Assembly (NCBI GenBank): GCA_964513655.1
Contig: CAZENQ010000004.1
Coordinates: 3,759 to 67,758 of the forward strand
Reading direction: 5' to 3'
Source: an uncultured Pirellulales bacterium
GTDB lineage: Bacteria; Planctomycetota; Phycisphaerae; Sedimentisphaerales; Anaerobacaceae
Length of the DNA: 64,000 bases
The translations under genes were made by a program, and so were the position numbers. Positions 37,194 to 47,129 of this stretch are shown piece after piece. How positions within the stretch are numbered: position 1 is the first letter of the stretch; each line of letters opens with the position of its first letter. Below the pieces are notes generated by a model, which was not told the origin of the DNA, searched no databases, and saw only the letters and a list, made by a program, of their open reading frames with translations.

Positions 37194-38450
37194 TTAGCAA
37201 GTAACTGCTGATACGAGGCACCTCGCTCGATTTTCATCCGCTGCGCTCATTTCCAAGACCTCGCGTACGGAGGCCGCGAGGTAAGCCATGTCGTCCCGGT
37301 CGAGTTCGTGGTGTACCGGCAGCGCTACAATATGTGCCTTCAGGTACGCCGCCCCGGGAAACTCATCCCAGCAAATCCCAGGATGATATCCTGACCACCA
37401 CTCAATGGCGCTAATTCTCCTCCGGATTAGATCCGCATAAAGTTGAGGCCGCCTCTCAGTCAGAACGGGAAAAACCGTCGGGCAAATACCTTCAGGGAGT
37501 TGCTCGAAAAGCGGTTGCACTTGCGCCACATCACAAAGAGCTTCAAGCAGATATTGAAAGTTCGCTCTTCTTCTCGCAACGACCTCCTGCGGATTTATGT
37601 TCGCAATGATCCGCCTCGATATTCCAGACATCGCCCAGCTTGAAATCTTCGGATCATAATGGTCTTGCCAGCTTAGTGACGGTCGATCCACACCACCGAC
37701 TTTCACAAACTCATGTTGTCCAGTATATGATCTTTTCTGCCTGTGTAGTCGCTTGATCGCAGATCGTACCAAACGGTATGATCTCTCAATACCATCCCAT
37801 TTTGTGGGGAACAATTGCTGCACAGACCGGCCTAATGATGGGATCAAAGCTGCTAAAACTGGCGTAAGTGGAGGCTGTTTTAACGAACCCACGATTTTCA
37901 GGCTTGGATTGTTAACTACCAACGCTCCGCCATCCGGCACCGGAATGGTCTTGCGAAAACTGAACACAGCCACATCCCCCACCCGTCCGACGAAACCGTC
38001 ACCATCGCGACTGAACAAAGCCAGTGCGCAATCTTCTACGAGGAACAATCCTTGTTCGCGACAGAAACGCACAACCTCCTCCAATCGCTGAAGAAATCCG
38101 AAGTAGTGGGTAACATACACCGCTCTCGTAAGTTTGGTGACTCGGCTACAAAGGTCTTTCACGTCAATCTGGGCAGACCGCGAAACGCGATAAGGGACAA
38201 CAACTAAACCACAACGAAGAAGAGGATCGATTTCTGAGCCACAGTTATAGGCTGGAACCAATACTTCATCGCCCGGACTAAGTCCAAGAATACGCACCGC
38301 CTGCCAGACAGCATTTCGCCCCAGATACGTTAAACGAGCGTGGTCAGTGTCAAAAGGTAGCACATCTCTGAGGAGAAAGCTTTTCCGGAGGAGGAACCGA
38401 ATCGAGCAGGACATCGACCCACAATTATGTTTTCCGTTACGCGATATCAT
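37194..38450 (-). CDS. DegT/DnrJ/EryC1/StrS-like PLP-dependent enzyme (sugar aminotransferase/dehydratase family)
   Basis: GDEVLVPAYNCGSEIDP, AVYVTHYFGF, LFLVEDCALAL and GDVAVFSFRKTIPVPDGGALV follow the family pattern, including the Lys-containing SF.K motif. Confidence 0.7.
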   Translation of the reverse strand: MISRNGKHNCGSMSCSIRFLLRKSFLLRDVLPFDTDHARLTYLGRNAVWQAVRILGLSPGDEVLVPAYNCGSEIDPLLRCGLVVVPYRVSRSAQIDVKDLCSRVTKLTRAVYVTHYFGFLQRLEEVVRFCREQGLFLVEDCALALFSRDGDGFVGRVGDVAVFSFRKTIPVPDGGALVVNNPSLKIVGSLKQPPLTPVLAALIPSLGRSVQQLFPTKWDGIERSYRLVRSAIKRLHRQKRSYTGQHEFVKVGGVDRPSLSWQDHYDPKISSWAMSGISRRIIANINPQEVVARRRANFQYLLEALCDVAQVQPLFEQLPEGICPTVFPVLTERRPQLYADLIRRRISAIEWWSGYHPGICWDEFPGAAYLKAHIVALPVHHELDRDDMAYLAASVREVLEMSAADENRARCLVSAVTC

Positions 38451-38501
38451 TATGTGTCTCTAAAACAGCCACGCTAATCGTTCTTCTATTGGCCGGTCTA
38501 C

Positions 38502-40166
38502 TCAAAGGTATCCCAGATCCGCCAGTCTACGCGCAATCTCTACCTCATCGTCCGGAGAGTAAACCGTGTCCGATGCGCGTCCTCGGACAGGTCTGGAGAC
38601 TTTCGTCGCTTTATCACAATAAGAGAGTGAATGGGGCCAGATCGCTTCCTCAATTATACGACCGTCCATTTCGACTGTGGGAGCCACACCCATCAGTGCC
38701 AACGCAGTCGGCGCGACATCAACCATTGTGATCTTAATATCCTGTGTCGAACGGAAAGCCGGGCCATAGCCGATAAAAATTCCGTCTGGCCGGTGAAATC
38801 CTGTGCCATCAGATTCTCGTGCATCGCGCATGTAACCACCGTCAAGTACGGCCGAGAGTCCAATGCCTGCCGAAACTACGTGTCCCGGCGCCAAGTCGAA
38901 GATCACATCCGGAGAGTTCTGCACGTACTCACCAGTGTATATTTCCTCATAAGTCCATACGCCTTCGAAGATGGATTTAGCCGTCTTAGGATTTTTTGCC
39001 TGTCGCAATACATCCACAACCTTGCGCCGAACCACCTCATACTCAGGACCCGCTTCCACAATGCCATGGGGACATCGACCGACAACGTTAATGTATACAG
39101 CCTGTTCATATTGGTGTCCTGCAAAAGCCTTGGTACGGGGAAAGTTGGTCAGTGGAGATTTCCATGTGTCGAGCCGATGCCAAGGCTCATCCTGGCTTAA
39201 TCCCAGCTTGCTGCGCACGCGGAAGGGCAATCCTGTCTTGCTGGCCACTTTTGCTATGAGGGCTTTTATGCGGCGTGGGGTAAAAAGGTCGTGCTGTTCC
39301 AGCAGGTGATTGAGATAAATGACACGATCGACAGGACCAAATCCATGGTCACTCACAATAATGTAGTTCGCTTTCTTGCCGAATCGCTCGACAAGTCGAG
39401 CGATGGCCGCATCGACCTCTCGATAACCCTCTTGAAGTAGACTAAAGGCCTTAGAATTTTCGTGTGCCAACGATGTATTAGCCATGGAATCAAGCAGAGG
39501 GTAAAACCAATGTTGTACCTTGTCAGTGTACTCAAAAACCAGAAAGCAGAAGTCGACTTTGTGTCGATCGAGGAAATACTCAAATGCTCGAATACGTGCC
39601 CGCAGCAAAGCATTTGTAGACTTGACCAAAGATGCCTTTTTCGAGTCAGTGGAGGCCCGTTCCCCAAGTCCTGGCCAATTCACGGCAAATTCGGGAAGCT
39701 TGTGCATCATCTTCGCGTATTCCTCTCGCGGCCACACCACTTCCGGCAAACCATCGGGCGCTGGAAAGCCAGAAACCATGAATCCATTGACGGGCTGAGC
39801 GGGAAAAGTAATGGGAACATTCATCACACCTACTCGACGCCCTGCGTTGCCAAGAAGCTCCCAAATTGTTGGGGCGTGTACATCTAACAATGATGCTGTG
39901 TGTGGCTTACCTTCGCCACCTTTGCGACATGTGAAACTGAAAACACCATGCTTACCCGGATTCACGCCGGTAAACATTGTCGGCCAGGCGGGACAAGTCA
40001 CCGGTGGATGCGTGGACAAAAGAGTCCCTGACGCACCCTCTCGCAAAAAACGAGCCAGTGTTGGCATTACGCCTGCGGCAATGAGTGGTTGCAGCACACG
40101 AAAGGCTGCGCCATCCAAGCCAATCAGAACAAGTTTGTTGCTATTGTTGAGTCGATGTTTTCCCAT
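38502..40166 (-). CDS. alkaline-phosphatase-superfamily enzyme, type I phosphodiesterase/nucleotide pyrophosphatase-like
   Basis: LVLIGLDGAAFRVL...THPPVTCPAWPTMFTGVNPGKHG has Thr at the nucleophile position. It continues ...IIVSDHGFGP... Confidence 0.75.
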   Translation of the reverse strand: MGKHRLNNSNKLVLIGLDGAAFRVLQPLIAAGVMPTLARFLREGASGTLLSTHPPVTCPAWPTMFTGVNPGKHGVFSFTCRKGGEGKPHTASLLDVHAPTIWELLGNAGRRVGVMNVPITFPAQPVNGFMVSGFPAPDGLPEVVWPREEYAKMMHKLPEFAVNWPGLGERASTDSKKASLVKSTNALLRARIRAFEYFLDRHKVDFCFLVFEYTDKVQHWFYPLLDSMANTSLAHENSKAFSLLQEGYREVDAAIARLVERFGKKANYIIVSDHGFGPVDRVIYLNHLLEQHDLFTPRRIKALIAKVASKTGLPFRVRSKLGLSQDEPWHRLDTWKSPLTNFPRTKAFAGHQYEQAVYINVVGRCPHGIVEAGPEYEVVRRKVVDVLRQAKNPKTAKSIFEGVWTYEEIYTGEYVQNSPDVIFDLAPGHVVSAGIGLSAVLDGGYMRDARESDGTGFHRPDGIFIGYGPAFRSTQDIKITMVDVAPTALALMGVAPTVEMDGRIIEEAIWPHSLSYCDKATKVSRPVRGRASDTVYSPDDEVEIARRLADLGYL

Positions 40167-40251
40167 GTCGTATTACTCTACGGTCTTGTACGAAAAGGTC
40201 TATAACATTGTTTTGCCTCTTATCTTAAGTAAGCTCAGGGCAGAAGCCCGG

Positions 40252-41058
40252 TTATAATTCTTCGGAAAGGATAAAAATAGCAGTCGTAAAGCGGGGGGAC
40301 TCTTTGTTGACGGCTATTCGATTCTTTACACCATGATTAGCACGGTTGAACTGATAAAGTATACTACCAGCGTGTTTAAATCTCTGTGAGATACTTCGAT
40401 AGATAGCATGAGACTTAGGGTCGTCCTTCATGGAGATACATAATCCTCCATTGGGTCGCAGCCAACCTGAAAAACGCTCGACCTGCTCCGCGGCTTCTTG
40501 CACGCTAAGGTAGTACAACACTTCACTGAAGACGATTACATCGAACCTTTCTCCGTCTTCGAGTACGAATTCACACAGATCACACGCATGAAATCTCACG
40601 TCTGCATCGCGTTTGATTTTGAGCAGGTCTCTTTCAGCTTTTCTGATGGCATAATCACTAATGTCTATACCAATGTATCGTTCTACACCCTCCTTGAGCA
40701 AATTTACCGCCAAACCTCCTCCTGCACAGCCAACGTCCAGTACATGTTTGAAATGTGGAACAGCATGCCGAATAACCACCGGGATCAGCGCTCTTCTAGC
40801 TTCAACGTATGGAATTCCTCCAAAGTAAAATGACTTCGGGCCCGAAAGTTCTCTGTCAAAATAATCTGGGTTGCGATTCTTTGATGCGTTCCCTATACTA
40901 CGGCTCAAAAAGCTTGCCAAACGCGGAGTTACATATAAGAACCTTCGTATACTATACCTAAGACGGTAGAGAAAGATGAAAAAGAAGTACTGTTTGCAAT
41001 TCGTAAACAGGTGCTTAACTGCCATACAAAATCTTCTCTTTAAATTAAAATCTTTCAT
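40252..41058 (-). CDS. class I SAM-dependent methyltransferase
   Basis: Motif I VLDVGCAGGGLAVNL, then IGIDIS and DVIVFSEVLYYL. Confidence 0.8.
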   Translation of the reverse strand: MKDFNLKRRFCMAVKHLFTNCKQYFFFIFLYRLRYSIRRFLYVTPRLASFLSRSIGNASKNRNPDYFDRELSGPKSFYFGGIPYVEARRALIPVVIRHAVPHFKHVLDVGCAGGGLAVNLLKEGVERYIGIDISDYAIRKAERDLLKIKRDADVRFHACDLCEFVLEDGERFDVIVFSEVLYYLSVQEAAEQVERFSGWLRPNGGLCISMKDDPKSHAIYRSISQRFKHAGSILYQFNRANHGVKNRIAVNKESPRFTTAIFILSEEL

Positions 41059-41189
41059 TTAAAGTTAATCTTAAGGGGGGGTAGCTTTTCCACATCCAAA
41101 AGGGCTTTCACGTAGTTCCTATCTTTACCGATAGCGAATATTTTCACGCCGAGTTTTGCTCCTGCGGTCAAAATGAACGTTATATGAAT

Positions 41190-42470
41190 TCACGCAAACG
41201 CATTCGAGCGTATCCAAATCTTCCATAGGCCTTTCCGTTTAAGGGGCAGCTTAGGAGCAATCCTGTTGTACCAGATTCGATAATAAGACAAGTTTAAGAG
41301 GTACGCAAAAAGCCGAAACAGCTTAACACGCACAATTATTGTTGGCTTTTTAGAAATAACGTATAGACTTCTGGTTGGAAAAAGCTCACCACCCATTTCC
41401 AATTTATGTTTATATTTGCCCCGCATACTGTCTACCCATTTAGCCTTTTCTTGGATAGCTTTTTTTATCATTTCACTGTAAAGGATCCGTCCTAAGCCTA
41501 CATTAGCTAGTTCATTACAGTCGGAACGCGCGTCAAGAAAGTCAAAGTAATTATCACCAAATATGAACCCATACTTGTATCCCAGGTACCAGTCCCCCAG
41601 CGTAATACGCACTAAACATAGATGATTTCGCCTGAGTTGGGCCTCGGCTAATTCACGGTGAAATTCACCGGCGGAATGCCAATCCTCAAAGTGGCCGGGC
41701 TTGCGAAGTTTTTGCCAATGCTCCTGGTGCATTTGCAGGAAATCCTCGAATATCTTCTCGAAATTGTCCATCGTGGCACAGTTAGCTAATATAGGGGTAG
41801 TCTTATCACCTATTGCCTTGTATGCAAGCCGATAATGCCTCCTGATTTTGCTCCGCTCTTTTCTATCAAGTTTCACCAAGTATTCACCCCAAGTGTCAGT
41901 TAATTTGAAGAATGTTTGCACACCCTTATTTTCACTCGCTACAATGTAAGAATAGCCAAATGATTTCTCTAAAGCGATCTTTAGATCATCATAATGTTTA
42001 TACAGACCGGCGATAGGGCCTATATGCAAAATATCCCATTTACCCTCGGAAAGTAATCCGAAAAGCTTTTGGATGACCCTCTTGACATGCATACTGTGTA
42101 TAGGCAAACTAAACTGAGCCAGCGTAAAGTCTGAGCCGACGATTTTCGCGGCTCGTATAAGTATGGGCCCCAACCAAAGCTTCTCAAAAAACATCGGAAT
42201 TATCCCCACTATCTCACTATTGCTGCGAAAAACGAATATTCTTAAATCTCGATTCTTTCCGTAGTACTTCCACCATACTCGACACCAATCGTAAGTCATA
42301 AATATGTCGCTACTCACCAACTCAACGAAATCGTCCCACTCCTGCTGCATTGGCGCCAGTTTATTGAAACTATCAAATACTTCTGTCTCGATACACCTTT
42401 CGTCCACATCGGCTATGTCAGACTTCTGTTGTAAAAAAGCCGCTTTCACTCTTAATGATTTATCTTTCAT
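41190..42470 (-). CDS. GNAT-fold acyl/aminoacyl-transferase, CelD/BioF2-like (FemAB-related)
   Basis: WDDFV...FMTYDWCRVWWKYYG...LRIFVF......GYKYGFIFGDNYFDFLDARS...LGRILYSEMIKKAIQE...VDSMRGKYKHKLEMGG follows the Acetyltransf_6/CelD pattern as I recall it. Confidence 0.7.
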   Translation of the reverse strand: MKDKSLRVKAAFLQQKSDIADVDERCIETEVFDSFNKLAPMQQEWDDFVELVSSDIFMTYDWCRVWWKYYGKNRDLRIFVFRSNSEIVGIIPMFFEKLWLGPILIRAAKIVGSDFTLAQFSLPIHSMHVKRVIQKLFGLLSEGKWDILHIGPIAGLYKHYDDLKIALEKSFGYSYIVASENKGVQTFFKLTDTWGEYLVKLDRKERSKIRRHYRLAYKAIGDKTTPILANCATMDNFEKIFEDFLQMHQEHWQKLRKPGHFEDWHSAGEFHRELAEAQLRRNHLCLVRITLGDWYLGYKYGFIFGDNYFDFLDARSDCNELANVGLGRILYSEMIKKAIQEKAKWVDSMRGKYKHKLEMGGELFPTRSLYVISKKPTIIVRVKLFRLFAYLLNLSYYRIWYNRIAPKLPLKRKGLWKIWIRSNAFA

Positions 42471-42481
42471 TCGTTAAAATC

Positions 42482-43513
42482 TCATCTTTTTACAAAACGG
42501 TATAGTTTCTCCGCCGTACGCCAAATGGTCTTAACGGTCGAACTGGTACACATCTCGTAGGCACCTATGTAGGAAACTTTCTGTGCCCCCATTCGCTGCT
42601 TGAACTGGAAGACTTTTGGATTTTTCTTAGGATCGATTCCACCAAGGTCATATCTTTTCATTCCCGCTCGCTTTGCGGCAAGGAATGTCCTCCACCAAAC
42701 AAGATATGATGCTGAGCACTCGAGACCCTTTTCGCTACATGCGGCAAGCGTCCCCACGGCGGTGTCACCTAAATGGCTCGAAGCATGACTTGTGATCGGC
42801 TCTCCATCATAATACGCCACGATAACATTCATCTTTTCTTTATCCGATAGCATCAGTTGCGGCCTTATAAACTCCTGTGGGTTAAGTCCCTTAAAAGCCT
42901 TTCGCTTCTTTGCCTCAAGATACATTTTTTCCAATACATCAAAGTATTTGCTATCTTCACTCTCTTTTATCTCAATTCCATTACGTTCAGCCTTGATAAG
43001 CCCTCTTCGCCAGCTCCGGTGCAATCTCCTACGCATTTGCTCTTCGGAATCATCTACTGGTACCATCATAGTAAGATGAGGCTTTACGTTGCTTACGTAC
43101 TCAAATCCCACTGATTCCAGAATTGCCGCAAACTCCTGGCCAGACCGATTAGCTTCAGCATTAGGCAGAACTCTAAGAACGTTTACTCTACTTCCAAGAT
43201 AAGACCGTTGCATAATATCCAAAGCCTGAACTGAGCATTTTACTGTCCCATCTTTTCGGCGAAAAAGCGGCCCCCATTGAACGTATCCAATTTTCAACCC
43301 AAGCGGTTTGACGTGCCTTATCCGCATCTGGCACATTGTAAGCACATGGCCGTTTTCTTCTTTAACTACAACTTGGTTAAGCTCCTGGCCATCCAATTCG
43401 GCTCGCACCTGCTGATATGGCCAAGTCTGATATATGCTGTAATCACCGAAATCATCGGCGTATCGCTCCCAGTCTTCCCTACTAATATTATCGACAATTA
43501 CCTCGCATGCCAT
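42482..43513 (-). CDS. FemAB-family protein (PEP-CTERM-locus-associated type)
   Basis: YSIYQTWPYQQVR, RIRHVKPLGLKIGYVQWGP, LHRSWRRGLIKAERNGIEI, NVIVAYYDGEPI and YLVWWRTFLAAKRAGMKRYDLGGIDP follow the FemAB layout. Confidence 0.75.
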   Translation of the reverse strand: MACEVIVDNISREDWERYADDFGDYSIYQTWPYQQVRAELDGQELNQVVVKEENGHVLTMCQMRIRHVKPLGLKIGYVQWGPLFRRKDGTVKCSVQALDIMQRSYLGSRVNVLRVLPNAEANRSGQEFAAILESVGFEYVSNVKPHLTMMVPVDDSEEQMRRRLHRSWRRGLIKAERNGIEIKESEDSKYFDVLEKMYLEAKKRKAFKGLNPQEFIRPQLMLSDKEKMNVIVAYYDGEPITSHASSHLGDTAVGTLAACSEKGLECSASYLVWWRTFLAAKRAGMKRYDLGGIDPKKNPKVFQFKQRMGAQKVSYIGAYEMCTSSTVKTIWRTAEKLYRFVKR

Positions 43514-43533
43514 ATGTTCAACTTCCTCGCTCC

Positions 43534-44340
43534 CTAAGACTGGAAGAGCATCCTTTTCAGTCTTCTAAAATATTTGACAATCTCATATGCTCCTATTAGC
43601 TTAAGCTTGAACTTCAGCATACTGTCTGTGGGAGAAACCTTGAACCGCCCGATTTGAAAACTGTTTGGGGAAGAATCAACCGAATATGGCTCTACGCAAA
43701 AACCGATTTGATAACCTGTCCGCTTGGCTGCTTTGCAAACTTTGTCGTTGTACGCGCCATAAGGATAACTTATTCCAACTATATCGTGACCAACGATTTG
43801 TTCCAGCGCTTGTTTGGACCGCTCAAGCTCATCCTGTAGTTTGATATCGTCAATCTCTGTCAAATAAGGATGTGAAACTGTATGAGATAGGATTTCGTAA
43901 CCAGCTTTGTCAAGTTCGACAACTTGTTCTTTATTCATAATAACCTCATCCGCATCTGAGCAATCTTCTTGCAAATCCCAGTTTGGCCGCTTGCCTAAAT
44001 TCCCCGTGGGTACAAAGAGTGCTGCTGGCAATCTATACTTTTGCAAGATCGGCAAAGCATTATTATGAAAACTTATAAAGCCGTCATCAAATGTTATACC
44101 CACAATGACTTTGGAGCCGTTCGGCAGGGCCGTTATGACCTCTGAAGCGTTAACCGCAAAGCACTTCCTGGCTAAATACGCCATTTGTTTTTCAAATCCT
44201 TCCATACTCTGTCGTCTTAGGTTATGATAATAGATGACCACGCGCCGGGGGGGCTTGTGGATTAGGGGTAAAAACACTCCGTACAGCAACGCAGAAACGA
44301 ATTCTATTATATCTTTCAACATTCCAAATCTAAAACTCAT
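43534..44340 (-). CDS. polysaccharide deacetylase (CE4/NodB fold)
   Basis: VGITFDDGFISFHNNALPILQKYRLPAALFV, ILSHTVSHPYL and ISYPYGAYN match NodB motifs 1-4. Confidence 0.85.
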   Translation of the reverse strand: MSFRFGMLKDIIEFVSALLYGVFLPLIHKPPRRVVIYYHNLRRQSMEGFEKQMAYLARKCFAVNASEVITALPNGSKVIVGITFDDGFISFHNNALPILQKYRLPAALFVPTGNLGKRPNWDLQEDCSDADEVIMNKEQVVELDKAGYEILSHTVSHPYLTEIDDIKLQDELERSKQALEQIVGHDIVGISYPYGAYNDKVCKAAKRTGYQIGFCVEPYSVDSSPNSFQIGRFKVSPTDSMLKFKLKLIGAYEIVKYFRRLKRMLFQS

Positions 44341-44355
44341 AAGTTTTCTCTGCTT

Positions 44356-45645
44356 TTACCGGTAAGCAAAACCTAAAGAAGATTTGAAAACTGGGGCTTT
44401 CTGTGGCATTTTTTCAGCAAGAAAGCCAACCATTGATAACATCATATACCATAACATTTGAATTTGTCCGAAGTACGATACTCCTATAAATGCAACACAG
44501 TGACCTACTATGGCACAGCAAATACACCACGCTAACCATCGATGTTCAGGAACAGATGAATCTTTAAAGTGCTTTGCTAATGTCCTGAATGCTATTATTA
44601 ACATAGTTATAAAAATGCTTAAAGTTACCAAACCACCCTGTACACCTTCATATATATATTGATTGGTTATATCAAACTGAGTAGATTCGCTAAATCCCTT
44701 GTAGTCCCAATGCGATGTATCACGGGTACCAAACAATACCCATTCATCAACGTGCTTAATCGCTTGATCTATTAGGTAGTATCGGTGCCAACCAGTTGAC
44801 CCTCCTACTATTTCTATTCTGGATATCAAATGCCATACGGAAGCCTGCATAACCATATGCAAGGCTATCAGCAACAGAAAAAACGCCAATACTGCATGAT
44901 GGCTAAAATGTCGAAACTTAAACGCACAAATAACTACCAAAACAATCGTAAGAACTCCGAGAGGAGTAGCTGATGCAGATGCCACAACAATGAAAGCACT
45001 TGCCGCTACAGCAGCCCAATAAAGTAACTTCTTCTTTTCTGTCATCGCCAAACTGATGAATAGGGGAACTAACACAGCCCAAAATAGTCCGAGCATAATA
45101 GAATGGGGAAAAGACGCTTGACATCGCAAGCGGCCTACACGCATTTCCGTGATTACTTTGCCTAACATCACGAAGGGGTTCTGCCCCGTCGTCCATTCAA
45201 ACGCCACCAATGGTGTCAACAGCAACACGCTAACAGCCAGTACTTTAATGACAAATTTGATATCATCCCAGGAACAAATACTCTGCCTGAACAGCCAGTA
45301 TAAGCCAATTATATCAAATAAGACTCCAGATTTGTAAATAAGTGCTCTGGTATCCGCCCACTGGATTATGTAGATTATTGCACCACAAGTTGCCCACGCC
45401 AGAAGTACCTTGTCAAAAGTATTCCATCTGATAATACGATGCTCACCGCGAAGCAAGATTCGCAAAACACCGATTACTATTAGTATCCGCAAAGTGGTAA
45501 AATCCAAACCCATTATTATTATCCGCTGATCCCGTGGAACAAAACATGCCGCTATGATATAAGGAACCAGAAAATATTTCTGCGGAACCGCAATCGTCAT
45601 AATTGCCAAAAATATAACGATAAATAAAGTGGGCTCGTTAATCAT
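44356..45645 (-). CDS. O-antigen ligase/polymerase-like polytopic membrane protein (Wzy/WaaL superfamily)
   Basis: At least 10 hydrophobic helices and a mid-protein loop with R/H residues. It sits next to the deacetylase and GT4 genes, as in exosortase-type loci. Confidence 0.7.
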   Translation of the reverse strand: MINEPTLFIVIFLAIMTIAVPQKYFLVPYIIAACFVPRDQRIIIMGLDFTTLRILIVIGVLRILLRGEHRIIRWNTFDKVLLAWATCGAIIYIIQWADTRALIYKSGVLFDIIGLYWLFRQSICSWDDIKFVIKVLAVSVLLLTPLVAFEWTTGQNPFVMLGKVITEMRVGRLRCQASFPHSIMLGLFWAVLVPLFISLAMTEKKKLLYWAAVAASAFIVVASASATPLGVLTIVLVVICAFKFRHFSHHAVLAFFLLLIALHMVMQASVWHLISRIEIVGGSTGWHRYYLIDQAIKHVDEWVLFGTRDTSHWDYKGFSESTQFDITNQYIYEGVQGGLVTLSIFITMLIIAFRTLAKHFKDSSVPEHRWLAWCICCAIVGHCVAFIGVSYFGQIQMLWYMMLSMVGFLAEKMPQKAPVFKSSLGFAYR

Positions 45646-45930
45646 CTCGGCGCTAATACTCCACGAATCGCCAGGTTGTTATTATGGCAATACCTGGCAA
45701 TCATTAACATAGTCTGGCGCTAAAGCTCCATCTCAGTTAACTGCGTCGTTTCCGGCGAATAAATCCTGTTCGCCGTCCATATTGCATAGACAGAGCATTG
45801 CCACCACAATTGGTTAATTACTACCACGCGGCAATCCCTGTTTCCATACCACGTAGACCCTATCCCTGTAAATATAGTTCTTTTTTGCACAGACGGGTCT
45901 CTTTTGCGATTCCCTTTAGTGAAGCATCGG

Positions 45931-47031
45931 TCATACCATTGCGGTACCCCTATAGGCATATAGCCTGGTAGTCGTTCTTGAGTTATTGGCATATATAGAA
46001 AGCAAGCATTTCTCCAATTTGTCCACAGCTTTGGGCCAGGAATACTCTTGAACCGTTTTCATCGCATTTGCACATATCTTTTTTCGCAGTTGTTCGTTCT
46101 TATAAAGGAGAATTATTTTATGTGCCATTGCTTGGGTGTTGCCCACATCCACCAAAAAACCATTTTCGCCATCTTTTATGATGTCTTCAGGTCCACCACA
46201 GGCGGTGCTAACTACTGCACACCCGCACGCCATCGCCTCCAATATCGGATTGCCAAAACCCTCTGCAATACTACACAAGAACCAAACTCTACAACTTGAA
46301 TATATCCTCCGGGCTTCTTGCAACGATGGGAATCGCTTGAAGGACACACCTTTTATTCCCCTTGGCTTCCTTGCGCCGCTGAACAAATAGCGGGGCGAAT
46401 TAGGTAATCTCTGGCCGATCATCTTCATAACTTGAACGATGCTGGTTGGATCCTTTGACTTGCTCCATCCAAAAATGGAACCAATGCCTGTTCTTTCGGA
46501 TTCTGGCATAGAAGGAAAGTACTCCTTTGTATCCACACCGTTTGGCACAATGCCGATTACTGGCTGCTTGGCCTCTGTCCTGATTAATTCTGCTAAATGT
46601 GATGAAGTTATAAGTTTAGAAAAAGGCAGTTCCCAAGCTTTCAATATCTGTTCCCGATTCTCTATTTCGGCTCCGCGACAATACAAAACCTTGATACCGG
46701 TGTTCCCGGGCAAACTCCTCATATCCAGAGTAGTCTGTGAGCACATTGAAATAATTAACTCGTCTGGCGAAAACTCATTTATATGAAGCTTATTGTAAAC
46801 AAAGCGATTTCCTTTAAATGTTGTTAGCCAATCGTTGCCAGAGCCGCATCTAAGCTTAATATAAATCCTGCGAAGTTTATCTCGTAAGTCGCAAAGGTCA
46901 TAACGACAAAATATCCTAACGTCATGCCCGCGTAACAAAAGCTCATTGCCGACTCGAACAGTGGAACGAACTGCCCCGCTTCTGCCCTTGCCAGGTAGCA
47001 AGAAAGAAACTTTTAGTTTCTTCTTTTCCAT
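45931..47031 (-). CDS. glycosyltransferase, GT4 family
   Basis: KVSFLLPGKGRSGAVRSTV...LRGHDV...VPNGVD...EGFGNPILEAMACGCAVVSTACGGPEDIIKDGENGFLV carries the EX7E-type motif. Confidence 0.85.
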   Translation of the reverse strand: MEKKKLKVSFLLPGKGRSGAVRSTVRVGNELLLRGHDVRIFCRYDLCDLRDKLRRIYIKLRCGSGNDWLTTFKGNRFVYNKLHINEFSPDELIISMCSQTTLDMRSLPGNTGIKVLYCRGAEIENREQILKAWELPFSKLITSSHLAELIRTEAKQPVIGIVPNGVDTKEYFPSMPESERTGIGSIFGWSKSKDPTSIVQVMKMIGQRLPNSPRYLFSGARKPRGIKGVSFKRFPSLQEARRIYSSCRVWFLCSIAEGFGNPILEAMACGCAVVSTACGGPEDIIKDGENGFLVDVGNTQAMAHKIILLYKNEQLRKKICANAMKTVQEYSWPKAVDKLEKCLLSIYANNSRTTTRLYAYRGTAMV

Positions 47032-47129
47032 TCTTTAAGCTTCTCCTGCCCGACTCCCCCGACATCAATTTCTTTATTGACTAATGTCCGATGAACCAAA
47101 GTTTACAGGTTCATCTTTCATACTGTTCG

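Noticed and set aside
45720-45992. A 90-aa minus-strand ORF in the gap between the GT4 and Wzy-like genes.
   Set aside because: It overlaps the 3-prime end of 45931..47031 and has Trp/Cys/Arg-rich odd composition with no RBS. It is possibly decayed sequence, but I could not show homology to anything in the window.
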